Below, piece after piece: positions 45,642-60,914 of a DNA stretch of 64,000 nt. Origin of the DNA: Eledone cirrhosa (lineage: Eukaryota); the NCBI GenBank assembly GCA_964016885.1, contig OZ024762.1:23250001-23314000 (forward strand), given 5' to 3'. The notes below the pieces were generated by a model. The model made no database searches, was not told where the DNA came from, and was given only the letters and a program-made list of their open reading frames with translations. Position numbers and translations under genes: made by a program. Numbering within the stretch: the first letter of the stretch is position 1; each line of letters opens with the position of its first letter.

Positions 45642-46251
45642 ATAGCAGCCACAATGATAATTACCATTACCAGCTTCAATATTACCGCGATCGTATTCCT
45701 GTGTGCGTATATATGTCTTTCTGCATGTGTGTGTACGTATGTATGTGCATTTGTGCGCCTGTATATGTGTGTGCGTGTGCACGTGTGAGTCTTTGTACGT
45801 GCGTGTGTGTGTTAATATTTACGGCTTTCTTTTCTTAAATGGATGATCTCGTTTTCTGGTGTGGTTCTCTAAGCAAACAAACCTTCATCCACCGTAAACT
45901 TTTTTTTCGGCAGCCATTACATATTTCAGCTTGGCGAAGTCGTAATAGTCATAACAGTATCTCTCAAGTATTCTACAATCCTCATGGGTAAAACTTTAAC
46001 GGGGAAACAACTGTACAGATCCGACTATAGCACATGTCGTCGCCATATTGAATGTTACGTTTTTTTCTGGCGAAGAGAGAGAGAGAGTGTGTGTGTGTGT
46101 GTGTGGGAGTATGTGTGTGTGGGAGTGTGTGTGGGAGTGTGTGTGTGAGTGTGTGTGAGAGTGTGTGAGAGTGTGTGAGAGTGTGTGAGAGTGTGTGAGA
46201 GTGTGTGAGAGTGTGTGAGAGTGTGTGTGAGTGTGTGTGAGTGTGTGAGTG

Positions 46252-46451
46252 NNNNNNNNNNNNNNNNNNNNNNNNNNNNNNNNNNNNNNNNNNNNNNNNN
46301 NNNNNNNNNNNNNNNNNNNNNNNNNNNNNNNNNNNNNNNNNNNNNNNNNNNNNNNNNNNNNNNNNNNNNNNNNNNNNNNNNNNNNNNNNNNNNNNNNNNN
46401 NNNNNNNNNNNNNNNNNNNNNNNNNNNNNNNNNNNNNNNNNNNNNNNNNNN
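46252..46451. other. Assembly gap (200 N)
   Basis: Run of N between two different simple repeats. Confidence 0.99.
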
Positions 46452-47390
46452 AGTAGTACTAGTAGTGAAGGTACTACTTGCAGTGGTCGTAGTAGTAGTA
46501 ATATTAGTAAGTGTTGTTGTAGTTACAGTAGTTGTAGTGGTGATAATAGTGCTAGTTTTAATAGTAGTAGCAGTAGCCATGGCGGTGGTGTTGGTAGTAG
46601 TAGTAGTAGTACTAGTAGTGATGGTACTACTTGCAGTTCGTCGTAGTAGTAGTAATATTAGTAAGTGTTGTTGTAGTTACAGTAGTTGTAGTGGTGGTAA
46701 TAGTGGTAGTTTTAATAGTAGTAGCAGTAGCCATGGCGGTGGTGTTGGTAGTAGTAGTAGTACTAGTAGTGATGGTACTACTTGCAGTGATCGTAGTAGT
46801 AGTAATATTAGTAAGTGTTGTTGTAGTTACAGTAGTTGTAGTGGTGGTAATAGTGCTAGTTTTAATAGTAGTAGCAGTAGCCGTGGCGGTGGTGTTGGTA
46901 GTACTAGTACTAGTAGTGATGGTACTACTTGCAGTGGTCGTAGTAGTAGTACTAGTAGTAAGTGTTGTTGTAGTTACAGTAGTTGTAGTGGTAGTAATAG
47001 TGGTAGTTTTAATAGTAGTAGTAGTAGCCATGGCGGTGGTGTTGGTAGTAGTAGTAGTACTAGTACTAGTAGTGATGGTACTACTTGCAGTGGTCGTAGT
47101 AGTAGTACTAGTAGTAAGTGTTGTTGTAGTTACAGTAGTTGTAGTGGTGGTAATAGTGGTAGTTTTTAATAGTAGTAGTAGTAGCCGTGGCGGTGGTGTT
47201 GGTAGTAGTAGTAGTAATAGTAGTTGAAGGTACTACTTGCAGTGGTCGTAGTAGTAGTACTAGTAGTAAGTGTTGTTGTAGTTACAGTAGTTGTAGTGGT
47301 GGTAATAGTGGTAGTTTTAATAATAGTAGTAGTAGCGGTGGTGTTGGTAGTAGAAGTAGTAGTAGTAGTAGTGATGGTACTATTAACAGT
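46452..47390. repeat. Minisatellite of about 150 bp (about 6 units) built from AGT triplets
   Basis: tacttgcag recurs roughly every 150 bp. Confidence 0.9.
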
Positions 47391-47399
47391 GGTCGCGCA

Positions 47400-47540
47400 C
47401 GGCCCTTTATGGTCTGAGTTCAAATCCCACCGAGGTTAACGTCGCCTTTCATCCTTACGGGGGTCAATAAAATAAAAGTACCAGTAATGTACTGGGATAA
47501 TTGCTGGCCTTGAGCCAAAAGTAGAAGCAATTATTATTAG
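47400..47540 (+). mobile_element. 5'-truncated family S SINE
   Basis: B box, core and tail are present. Confidence 0.82.
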
Positions 47541-47949
47541 TAGTAGTAGTAGAAGTAGTAGTAGACATTGTGCTAGTTGCAGTAGTAGTATAGTTGTAGT
47601 AATAGTGGAGATAGTTTTCATATTAGTAGTAATAGTGTTTTTAATATTAGTAGTAGTAGTAGTAGTAGTGATATTACTAGTAGTTGGTCGTGGTGGTGGT
47701 GGTAGTAGTGGTGGTCGTGATAATGATAGTAACAACAGTGTTATTAGTAGTGGTAATAGTTGTGGTGGGGGGTGTCTGTTTAGTGGTGGGGGTGTCTTTG
47801 CGTCAAAAAAGAAATATTGCAGAACTGGTATCGAGCCGTGTTCATTACCAAGCCACTATATTGTTATTTAGGGTCGATTTAACTGCTATTTCTAGCATGT
47901 GGTGCGATTAAGTAGAGGTAACCACTTTAATGTCCAGTAGAAATAGTAG

Positions 47950-50900
47950 AGATGGTGGTGGTGGTGTTGTTGGTGGCCGTGGTGTTGGTGGTGGTGTGTT
48001 GTTGGTGGTAGTAGTGATGGTGTTGGTGGAGGTAGTGGTGTTGTTGGTGGTGGTAGTGATGGTGTTGTTGGTGGTGGTAGTGGTGTTGTTGGTGGTCGGG
48101 GTTTTGTTGGTGGTGGTGCTTTGTGGTGGGTGGTGGTGATGGGTGGTGTGTGCTCGTGGTGGTGGTGATGGTGGTGGAAGTGTTGGTGATGGTGGTGGTA
48201 TTGTTGGTGGTGCTGGTGGTGTTGAATGCAAGATGAGGTCGTGAGATATCACCTGCTGTGACACTAATAACACCAATCACAACACCAACACCACCACGAC
48301 CAACAGCACCACCACCACGACCAACACCACCACCACCACGACCAACACCACCACCACCACGACCAACAACACCACCACCACGACCAACACCACCACCACC
48401 ACGACCAACAACACCACCACCACGACCAACACCACCACCACCACGACCAACACCAACACCACCACGACCAACACCACCACCACCACGACCAACACCACCA
48501 CCACCACGACCAACACCACCACCACCACGATCAACACCAACACCACTACGATCACCACCAACACCACCACGACCAACACCAACACCACCACCACGATCAC
48601 CACCACCACGATCACCACCACCACCAACACCACCACCACCAACACCACCACCAATACCACCACCACCACCACCACCGACACCACCACCAACACCATCACC
48701 ACCACCACCACCAACACCACCACCCCACCAACACCACCACCCCACCAACACCAACACCACGACCAACACCAACACCACGACCAACACCAACACCACGACC
48801 AACACCAACACCACCAACACCACCAACACCACCACCAACACCACCACCAACACCACCACCACGAACACCACCACCACCACCAACACCACCACCACCACCA
48901 ACACCACCACCACCACCAACACCACCACCAACACCACCAACACCAAAACCACCAACACCACCACGACCAACACCAACACCACCACGACCACCACGACCAA
49001 CACCACCACGACCAACACCACCACGACCAACACCACCACGACCAACACCACCACGACCAACACCACCACGACCAACACCACCACGACCAACACCAACACG
49101 ACCAACACCAACACGACCAACACCAACACGACCAACACCAACACCACCACGACCAACACCAACACCACCACGACCAACACCACCACGACCAACACCACCA
49201 CGACCAACACCACCACCACCAACACCAACACCACCACGACCAACACCACGACCACCAACACCAACACCAACAACACCAACACCAACAACACCAACACCAC
49301 CAACACCAACACCACCAACACCACCAACACCAACACCACCAACACCAACACCATCAACACCACCACGACCAACACCACCACGACCAACACCACCACCACC
49401 AACAACACCAACACAACCACGACCAACACCACCACGACCAACACCACCACCACCACGACCACCACCACCAACACCAACACCACCACGACCAACACCAACA
49501 CCACCACGACCAACACCAACACCACCACGACCAACACCAACACCACCACGACCAACACCAACACCACCACGACCAACACCAACACCACCACGACCAACAC
49601 CAACACCACCACGACCAACACCAACACCACCACGACCAACACCAACACCACCACGACCAACACCAACACCACCACGACCAACACCAACACCACCACGACC
49701 AACACCACCACGACCAACACCACCACGACCAACACCACCACGACCAACACCAACACCACCACGACCAACACCACCACGACCAACACCACCACGACCAACA
49801 CCAACACCACCACGACCAACACCACCACGACCAACACCACCACGACCAACACCACCACGACCAACACCACCACGACCAACACCACCACGACCAACACCAA
49901 CACCACCACGACCAACACCAACATCACCACGACCAACACCAACATCACCACGACCAACACCAACACCACCACGACCAACACCAACACCACCACGACCAAC
50001 ACCAACACGACCAACACCAACACCAACACGACCAACACCAACACTACCACGACTAACACCAACACCACCACGACCAACACCAACACCACCACCAACACCA
50101 ACACGAGCAACACCACCACGACCAACACCACCACGACCAACACCAACACCACCACGACCACCACGACCAACACCAATACCACCACGACCAACACCAACAC
50201 CACCACGACCAACACCAACACCACCACCACCAACACCACCACAACCAACACCAACACCACCACCAACACCACCACGACCAACACCAACACCACCACGACC
50301 AACACCACCACCACCACGACCAACACCACCACGCCCAACACCACCACGCCCAACACCACCACGCCCAACACCACCACGCCCAACACCACCACGCCCAACA
50401 CCACCACGACCAACACCACCACGACCAACACCACCACGACCAACACCACCACGACCAACACCACCACAACCAACACCACCACGACCAACACCACCACGAC
50501 CAACACTAACACCACCACGACCAACACCACCACGACCAACACCACCACGACCAACACCAACACCACCACGACCAACACCACCACGACCAACACCAACACC
50601 ACCACGACCAACACCACCACGACCAACACCACCACCACCACGACCAACACCACCACGACCAACACCAACACCACCACGACCAACACCAACACCAACACCA
50701 CCACGACCAACACCAACACCACCACGACCAACACCACCACGACCAACACCACCACGACCAACACCACCACGACCAACACCAACACCACCAACACCAACAC
50801 CACCAACACCACCAACACCACCACGACCAACACCAACACCACCAATAACACCACCAATAACACCACCACCAACACCACCACCAACACCACCACCAACACC

Positions 50901-51150
50901 ACCACCAACACCACCACCAACACCAACACTACCACCACCAATACCACCACCACCACCAACACCACCAACACCACCAGCACCACCACCAACACCAACACTA
51001 CCCCCACCACCACCACCACCAACACCACCAACACCACCAGCACCAACACCACCAGCACCAACACCACCAGCACCACCAGCACCAACACCAACACCACCAG
51101 CACCAACACCTCCACCACCAACACCTCCACCACCAACACCACCACCAACA
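47950..51150. repeat. (GGT)n tract followed by a 2.9-kb (CAC/CAA/GAC)n tract
   Basis: Direct reading. The strand bias switches at about 48225-48260. Confidence 0.95.
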
Positions 51151-51476
51151 GCTGCAAGACCACATCAGCAACCTTGGAATAGATTATGTCATGCATGATT
51201 GAGCCATGTTAACGGAGCATGTCATGTAGAAAATGAGGATTTACAACGTCCAGCCACGCGTACACGTCACACGAACATGTGTATATATATATGTGTGTGT
51301 ATGTGTGTGTGTGTGTGTGTGTATATATATGTGTACGTGTGTGTGTGATATATGTGTACAGGCAGAATTGCACACATCAGTGCATATATATATATATATA
51401 TGTGTGAGAGACAGAGGGGGGGGGGAAGAAAGAGAGAGACCGACAGACAGAGAGAGAGAGACATGGAGAGAGAGAC

Positions 51477-51509
<33 letters not shown>

Positions 51510-51822
51510 CAGACAGACACAGACAGGGAGACAGAGACACATAGAGAGGGAGACACAGACAGAGAGGGAAACACATAGAGGAGACACAGAGAGGAGACGA
51601 CACAGGGAGAGGGAGGGAGAGGGGGAGACTCAGAGAGAGGATATATAGAGAGAGAGACGCATACACACAGAGAGGGAGAGAGGGACAGATAGAGAGACAG
51701 ACAGAGAGAAAAGGTGAAATTGGAAATAGCACGGAAAATATATTCAAGTGTCTGTCTTTCCTTTTTGTCAAAGTGACATTATTGAAAAAATGAGAGAGAC
51801 AATTCTTTTAAAAAAGAGTTTA

Positions 51823-52160
51823 ATAAAGTATATAAAGTATATGAAATATATAAAGTATATGAAATATATAAAGTATATGAAATATATAAAGTATATGAAA
51901 TATATAAAGTATATGAAATATATGAAATATATAAAGTATATGAAATATATAAAGTATATGAAATATATAAAGTATATGAAATATATAAAGTATATGAAAT
52001 ATATAAAGTATATGAAATATATAATGTATATGAAATATATAATGTATATGAAATATATAATGTATATGAAATATATAATGTATATAAAGTATATAAAGTA
52101 TATAAAGTATATGAAGTATATAAAGTATATTAAATATATGAAGGATATAACGTATATAAA
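51823..52160. repeat. 9/18-bp minisatellite (tatataaagtatatgaaa)
   Basis: Direct reading. Confidence 0.93.
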
Positions 52161-52443
52161 ATATTACCGGTTTCGAATTTAGAAAAATATATCTAATCAA
52201 ATTTTGAGTATTACAATTAATAAGAGAATTAATAAGAATTAAAAACTAAAAATTAAAGATTTTAAATTAAGTGTGAGGTAAGTTTTTTTCATTTTAAAGG
52301 GTTGCTGAGACCATGAGAGAGGTACTGGGTTACATGTTACCAGTAGCACTCAAGAGCGACCTATATATATACACACACACGTACGCACGCACACGCACAT
52401 GCACACACACACACACACGTATGTATACATATATGCATGCGCG

Positions 52444-52476
<33 letters not shown>

Positions 52477-52479
52477 ATA

Positions 52480-52672
52480 TAATTATTTCTACTTTGGGCA
52501 CAAGGCCAGCAATTATTCCAGTGCATTACTGGTATTTTATTTTATCGACCCTGTAAGGATAAAAGGCAAAGTTAACTTTTGGCGGATTCGAACTCAGACC
52601 ATAAAAGGCCGTAACTCTATGCGTCAAAGCATGGCGTCCGACGCTCTACCGATACTGCCAATTCACCGCCTC
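52480..52672 (-). mobile_element. Family S SINE
   Basis: Full-length match to the other copies. Confidence 0.87.
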
Positions 52673-52855
52673 TGTTGATATATAATGTATGTACTTTTAG
52701 ATGTGTATTTGTTTAGTATTTGTGTGTTATGTATAGAATCGTTCATGCGTAAAATCTGGGCCAATGCACTCACATAAATACGATTTAAAGTGCACATAGG
52801 TACTAGTTTTAAATAAAGGTCATGTTAGACATATCTTTATGCATAGATACATACA

Positions 52856-52890
<35 letters not shown>

Positions 52891-53189
52891 TATAAATTAT
52901 GTCCATAGAATCATTTGATAAGATATATACTGAATTTCCTCTCCCAATTAGCATAATCAACGACACGAAAAATCAATTAAACCCGGCTATAAGATTAAAA
53001 GGCAGCTATGAAGAAATAATAGATAAATAAACGACAGCCATCTATTCGCGATCAACAGCTATACAATACCCAGCATTTCAATAGCACGTGGAAATCGATT
53101 AAATATATCGTCAACCATACACAATTAGGTATAAAATTAAAGTAAGAGAAAAAATGCATATACACATACCAGTGTGTGTGTATATATAT

Positions 53190-53412
53190 GCACAGGCATT
53201 GCTTTATATCTGGAGATCTCTCTGCACTTGTCGTCATATGGTACCATGGGCCTAGCACTATGTGTCAATAATTGTCACAAGTGTAGTGTTTGTACCAGAG
53301 TTTTCAAGTCGCTGGCTGGACTAAAAAGTCACACTTGTTTAGCGCATCAGTAGGGGTTCTCCTACATGGATATAAAGTGGTGGCCGTACTCGAAAACGAG
53401 TTGGCAGCCACC
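53190..53412 (+). mobile_element. 5'-truncated copy of the RTE-derived element at 14743-15280
   Basis: Near-identical 3' part of about 220 bp ending in ggcagccacc. Confidence 0.8.
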
Positions 53413-53445
<33 letters not shown>

Positions 53446-53824
53446 TACAAAACTATATAGATAAATATATAAGTACATACATATACGCAAATGTACATAT
53501 ACTTGCATATACATACTTACATATATACACATATATATACGTACATGTATACATACACATACGTACATGTATACATAAATATATCTACACATACATATAT
53601 ATATACACATGTATATTTACACACACACAAACATATATATATATATATAAGCACACGCACACACACACACACGTGCACTCATATTTTTGTTACTTATTCA
53701 CAGGCCCCACATTTTTGTTAGGGGTTGGCGTATATCCGATAATGGCTCTCCTGACACGCCCGCGTCTACGGCATATTTGATGTGCTTTGAAAAGATGATC
53801 AAAGATGGCGCAAACATCGTACAC

Positions 53825-55005
53825 CGCACAACCATACCACAACACCGTCATACCTCCATACCACGACCTCACCACCACACCACCAGATCCCACCACCACC
53901 ACCACACCACCACCAATACACCACCACCTACCCAACCACCCCACCAACTCATCAAAACCACCACTACCACAACCACCATACCCCCACCCTCACACCCCCA
54001 CCACCATACCCCTACAACCACCGCCACACCGCCACAACCACCGCCACACCACCATAACTACCACCACAGCAAAACCACTACCACACCAGCACCACCACCA
54101 ACACCAACACCACACCAGAACCACCCCACCACCACCACCAACATCACCGACACACCCCACCACCACTTCACCAACACCACGACATCCCTCAAAAACAGCA
54201 CACCACCACCACAACCACCACACCACCGCACCACTTCAAAACAACCACATCCACATCACCATCACACACACCACCACACACACTACCACACACACCACCA
54301 CCACACCACCACCACACCACCACATCACCACCACACCAGCACACCAGCACACCACCACACCAGCACCACACCAGCATATCACCCCCACATCACCATATCA
54401 CCACCACCACACCACCACATCACCACTACCACACCACCACATCCCCATCACACCACCACAGCACACATCCCCACCACACCACCACAGCACTCCATCCCCA
54501 CCACACCACCACAGCACTCCATCCCCACCACACCACCACAGCACACCATCCCCACCACACCACCACCACACCACCACACTACCACATCACCACCACCACA
54601 ACCACCACATCACCACAACCCCCCACCACCACCACCACCACCACAACCACCACACCACCACCACCACACCACCACCACAACCACCACACCACCACCACCA
54701 CACCACCACCACCACCATACCACCACCATACCACCAGCACAACCACCACAACCACCACCACAACCACCACAACCACCACAACCACCACCACAACCACCAC
54801 AACCACCACACCACCACCACAACCACCACACCACCACCACAGCCACCACATCACCACCACCACACCACCACACCACAACCACCACACCACACATCCCCAC
54901 CACCACCACAACCACCACAACCACCACACCACCACCACAACCCACCCCCCATCACCACCACCATAACCCACCCCCATCACCACCACCACCACCACCACCA
55001 CCCAC
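53825..55005. repeat. Degenerate (CCA)n/(CA)n tract
   Basis: Direct reading. Confidence 0.92.
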
Positions 55006-55675
55006 ACTAATATTCTAACATCTAATAGAAAACTAGCAACAGGAATCTCTAAGTACATATGACATCTCAAGCTTTTTATTCGGTCTTGTTATTTTTTCTT
55101 GTTTTACGTTTATTTTATTACAAATTATATAGTTGTATTTTGTTGTTCTTTTGTTCACAATATATATCCGAAATGTTGTTGTTGTTGCTGTTGTTGTATT
55201 TATATATCTGCTGTAAACGCGTGTCATACATTATATATGGATTAACGTGTGAAGTCACACTTTCATCAAGGTTAGTCTTTTGGCGGCCATTTTGTTTAGC
55301 TATTGTTCTCTTGTATTGTGATGTACCGTTCTCTCTCTCTCTCTCTCTCTGTCTATCTCTCCCTCTCTCTCCCCCTCTCTCTCCCCCTCTCTCTCTCCCT
55401 CTCTCCCTCTCTCTCCCTCTCTCCCTCTCTCTCTCCCTCTCCCGCCCTCTCTCTATCTCTCTCTCTCTCTTTGTTTCTCTTGTGTTGTATAGATTTTATT
55501 GACTCATTTACTCTCGTTATTTCACTCGTGGGAAATGTGGTGAAATTTTACGACACTTCGATGTTAGTCAGGTTCCTTTTTATATTATTATTATTATTAT
55601 TTTTTTTTTTTTTTACCTCACACAAATTGATTAGTCAGTGGAAGAAACGTAGCTTTCATTATCATTTATAGTGCC

Positions 55676-56450
55676 AAGGTGGTAAATTGGCAGAAATCGG
55701 TAGAGTGCCGGACAGCAGGCTTTGCAGGCACCATAGATACAGCCATATATGTTCTGAGTTGAAATCTCGCCGAGGTTAGCTTTGCCTTTCGTCCTTACGG
55801 GCTCCGCCGAGGTTAGCTTTGCCTTTCGTTCTTACGGGCTCAGCCGAAGTTAGCTTTGCCTTTCGTCCTTACGGGCTCCGCCGAGGTTAGCTTTGCCTTT
55901 CGTCCTTACGGGCTCAGCCGAGGTTAGCTTTACCTTTCGTCCTTACGGGCTCCGCCGAGGTTAGCTTTGGCTTTCGTCCTTACGGGGTCAGCACTAGAGT
56001 AATAGCTTGGCAGTATCGGTAGAGCATCGGACACCATGATTTGCAGTATAGCTACGGCCCTTTATTTTGAAATCCCCACGAGGTTAGCTTTCCCTTTCGT
56101 CCATACGGACTCGGTGCTAAGGGGGTTAGCTTGGCAGTATCGGTAGAACGTTGGACACCATGATTTGCATTCACCATAGTTAAGTCCCATTACTTTCTGG
56201 GTTAAAATCCCGCCGAGGTAAGTTTTGCCTTTCGTCCTTACGAGGTCAGTGTTAGGGTGTTAGCTTAGCAGAATCGGAAGAGCGTCGGGCGATATGCTTT
56301 GTAGAATAGATAGAACCCTTTTTCATTCTGAGTTGACATCCCGCTAAGGTCGACAAACTAAAGTACCAATAACGCACTGGGATCGATTTAATCGACTTTC
56401 CTCTCCCCAAACCTTGTTGGTTTTATGCCTGAATCAGAAACAATTATTAT
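55676..56450 (+). mobile_element. Composite family S SINE array: four tRNA-head modules, six 37-bp internal repeats, one tail
   Basis: 37-bp units start at 55769, 55806, 55843, 55880, 55917 and 55954. Heads lie near 55688, 56007, 56131 and 56265. Confidence 0.87.
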
Positions 56451-56459
56451 TTTCAGGTT

Positions 56460-58586
56460 AACTTTGCACCTTATTACAACCAAGCCCTCAAGCGGAGTGG
56501 CTTCCGGGAGGAAATATCCTACTGTCCAGCTTCCATTAACGGAACCAGCAGGTGGCACCGCCGCTCACGCAATGTAATATGGTTCAATCCTCCCCACAAC
56601 GCTGAAGTGACAACTTCTATCGGGAAAATGTTCTTTAGGCTCATCGAAAAACACTTCCCACTACAACACCGCTACCACAACATAATCAACAAAAATACCA
56701 TCAAACTCTCCTACAGCACCACACCAACTTTGCACAAAACATCGTCTCCTCTAACAACAAAAAGCTCAACCCCTATGGAAGAAATAACCTAAATAGCAAT
56801 GGAGAGCCGACCAGGAGGTGTAACTGTCCTGATGGATCCATTTGCCCCCTCGACAACAGATGCAGAGATCGTAATGTGATCTAGCAGTGCAACGTGAGGA
56901 CGGACACCTCCAACAAAGCTTATATAGGATTAACCGCATGTGACTTCAAGACCCGGCTATACCAACATAGACATACTTTCCGAAACCCGGCTCGGCGTCA
57001 CGCCACCACACTTTCGGGCCACATCTGGGACCTCAAAGATAACAATATTACCTATGATCTCACTTGGAGCTTACTGTCCAGAGCCAACTCTTACACGGGA
57101 GGACGACGTCGTCCGTGCAATTTATGCTCGGAGGAAACTTTACAAATGCTGTTTTCGACGGACCAACTGCTAAACAAGAAAGACGAACTGGTAACTGCAT
57201 GAAAATACAGATTGCGTAGGATTTGCCTCGCCCTCAAACCCCATAATGACCCGGGGGGGTAGACAAGGGCTGTAACACCCCACTTGCTGACTTTGTAATG
57301 GGTAACCCCTGCTTGCAAAGGTAGACGTAAGATCTTCTTTTATATCTTTTTAACGTTTCCTCTATATTTCCTTCTTCCCCCTCATCCCTTCCTAGTCCTT
57401 CCACCCCAGTCCTCCTTCTTTGTCGTCGTCCTTTTCACTTTCTCGCCCACCCGAGGCAGCCCCTCGGTCCTTTGTAGCCTCAGTACCCCCACCCCCATCC
57501 CCTATTCTATGATAGAATTGGCCGACTCCGCTTTTTATAGCAGATGTGATAGACCCCAGATACTTGCTTTCTTATGCGATGGCTGCGCCATTTCCGTGCT
57601 TTCGACATTTCTTAGTGGTATCTCTGCTTTAATTTCTCGTATATCAGTATTTATTTTTGGGGGTTGGGGTGGAGTGGGGGATTCTGAATTAATTTTCCCT
57701 ATCAAATTTTTCATATACTTCGTACGAGCATTTATGTAGTTTGCACTAGAATTTTTGTATCGGAGCGGCACCCTTAGAGATAGTATTAGTATTCATTTTC
57801 GGGAATCTGAATTATTATTTCGTATTAGTTTATTTTTTGCACTGGGTGGTTGCTGGCCTTGTGCCTGGGGTAGAAACAATTATTTCGTATTAGTTTCGGG
57901 GCTCTGAATTATTATTTCGTGGTAGTTTCTTTAGTATTTTGGACCTCCACTTGTTGACCTGTCACCGCAAGATATACTCGGTTGATTAGTACTAACTCTT
58001 AAATTGGTCTCTTTACAATTCCCTCCCACCTAGTAAACTTTTCTATAGTTTAGCAGTACCAGTGAGAGACTTGATGGCTGTCGTTAGGGAATAGTAACCA
58101 GAAATTGTTTTTTTATATTTTTAACATTCTTGGTATTCTTTTATATATTTATTCCATATTGATTTACTTATTGTTTCGACTTCCTCCCCCTCCCTAGTAT
58201 ACTTGCTTGACCTTCTGCCCTGCTGTAGTTGGCACTATCAACGCACGACTGGGTTTCCTCCACTCCCTCTCCCTCTTTCTTCTACTGGCAGGTTCAGCTA
58301 CCCCTTCCTTCCACAAATTGCCTTGATAGAATTATGTGTCTCAACAACAAACTTTTGACCAATCCTTGTGACAATCACTTTTACCATATATGGAAACCCC
58401 CTGAGAAGCTCGGCTATTCATATACCAGGATAAAAATGTTCATTTAGTCCAGAATTAGCCGTCGAAACGGCTTGAGCTTAGCCGTCGGGGTCCTACTCGT
58501 TCCTATTACCCACTCTACTACCCTAAGTATTGAGTACTTTGGTGCGTTATGGTCCACCTGGTTCCTTACCACATTTTCTTCGTTAT
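56460..58586 (+). mobile_element. Penelope-like element 3' half (linker + GIY-YIG, long 3' region) ending in the family A terminal repeat
   Basis: APYYNQALKRSGF..RNVIWFNPP..IEKHFP..NKNTIKLSYS..CNC..CPLDNRC..YIGLT..FKTRLYQH..CNLCSEE..LLNKKDEL (56460-57202, with a frameshift and a stop). Continuity from 57202 to 58396 is inferred. Confidence 0.8.
58396..58491 (+). ncRNA. Full-length family A hammerhead with extended stem II and altered core
   Basis: acccc-CTGAGAA-gct-cggcta-ttc..gaat-tagccg-tc-GAAA-cggc(ttgagctta)gccg-TC-ggggt. Confidence 0.7.
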
Positions 58587-58594
58587 TTATATAT

Positions 58595-59335
<741 letters not shown>

Positions 59336-59889
59336 ACTATTATAAGCGAATGGTGCCCCACACGCTGGCCGCCCCGCCGGTCCGGCGGACAGAGTAAAAA
59401 AGATGTTTCCACGTAGGATGGTGAGGGAGATATGCCATTCCATCTCATGTCGATTCTCTTGCTTTCTTTCAATCATAACGATACAGTACAAACCTTACTA
59501 GGTCTACTCATCTCTGCTTGATATTGATTTATTTTTGCCTATAAATAAGATGGACTCTAGTGCTGAGTAGAAAAGGAAGGGAGGCGGTGGGTTGGATAGG
59601 GTGTGTGGAGGGGTGAAATCGTAAGCTAATTCTTTAATGGATTTTTCATACGTTAGCGACAAAGCTGTCAACAATGTCAAATATTGCAGATGTGACATGT
59701 ACTTCACATGTAAAAGTCAACTATCTACGGACGGAAATGAAATTGAAAAACCAAGCGACAGACGGCACTCAAGTCACAACGATTCCAGCACGCATTGAAG
59801 CGGAAAGGACAATATCCAGGCTTCAATAAAATACGTATATGGCCACCACCCATCACATAGAATGGTGATTGGTAAGCGCCCAGGCGGGA

Positions 59890-60490
59890 CAACCCTCTTC
59901 CTGTTCGAGGGAAGAAAGTTCTAAGTGAAACGCTACATGTTGTGACACGTTTTCTGCTCCCAGCCTTGTAGTTTAAATCGGCACCTTGTAACGTGGACAG
60001 AGAAAGACAGTTAAGTACCAGTGACTTGACCGATAAATCTCTAAACTGGAACGTCACGTTTTGTGATAAATTTTCCGCTACCTGCCTTGTCGTTTCAACT
60101 ACAAACCCGTGCAACCTCACCCGTAACGTCGGACAGAGACGACAGTTAAATACCATGGACAGAGAACAAAGTTAAATACCATGGACTTGGCCGATTGCTT
60201 CCCGTTCGAGGGAGGTAAATCTTTAAACCAGAACGTTATGAGTTGTGACACACATTTTTGCTTCCGGTCTTGTTGTTTCAACCACAAACCCGTGCACCCC
60301 CAGCCGTAACGTGGGGCAGAGAAATACAGTTAAGTACCAGGGACTTGACTGATAGCTTACTGTTCGAGGGAGATAAATCTCTAAACTGGAACGCCACGTG
60401 TTGTGATAAGTTTCCCGCTATCTGCCGTGTCGTGTGAACTACAAATCCGTGCAACCCCACCCGTAAATACTAGGGACTTGACCGATTGGT
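59890..60490. repeat. Diverged tandem repeat, about 4 units of about 130-165 bp
   Basis: Recurrent gttcgaggga..ctaaactggaacg..ttgtga..acaaacccgtgca..cagttaagtacc.gggacttgac. Confidence 0.75.
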
Positions 60491-60914
60491 TCGTTTCCAT
60501 GCCGGTCCCCTTCACCGTCCAGATCTCGTGTCATTACTTCCCGAAAAGCTGTTTTCCACCCTCACCCGAACCCCTAAAAAATCAGGAGGTGAGCATTCCA
60601 ACTGAGGAAGCATTACCGTGAAGTAGAATAGCTGATACAACGGATGTCGCTGGTTGTTTTAGACGGAACCACCTTAGCCATTTTCCTCTCAGGTCGATAC
60701 TAACAGGTAGCGTCTCGATTGAGGAGTATTCTACCTCTTCCTCTTGTCTGGAATTTGTTGACGAAACGGCAAAAGCTCAGCCGTCGGGTTCTATCTATCT
60801 ACTATATAAATGTATATACTGTATATCAATGTATATACTGTGTATCAATAAATATACTGTATATCAATGTATATATGTATTTATTTTTGTATATATGTTA
60901 GTAAAAGGGTAAAG

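Noticed and set aside
47927-51196. Mucin-like Thr/Asn/Pro ORF on plus and Val/Gly-rich ORF on minus
   Set aside because: This trinucleotide repeat is open on both strands, with no signal peptide or domain. A low-complexity exon cannot be fully excluded without RNA-seq.
53687-55018. His/Pro/Thr-rich ORF after a possible splice acceptor at 53703
   Set aside because: Only about 40 non-repetitive codons with no recognisable homology, and the rest is (CCA)n repeat.
55769-55990. CRISPR-like 37-bp repeats
   Set aside because: The units are contiguous with no unique spacers, derive from a SINE core, have no cas genes nearby and lie in a eukaryotic context.
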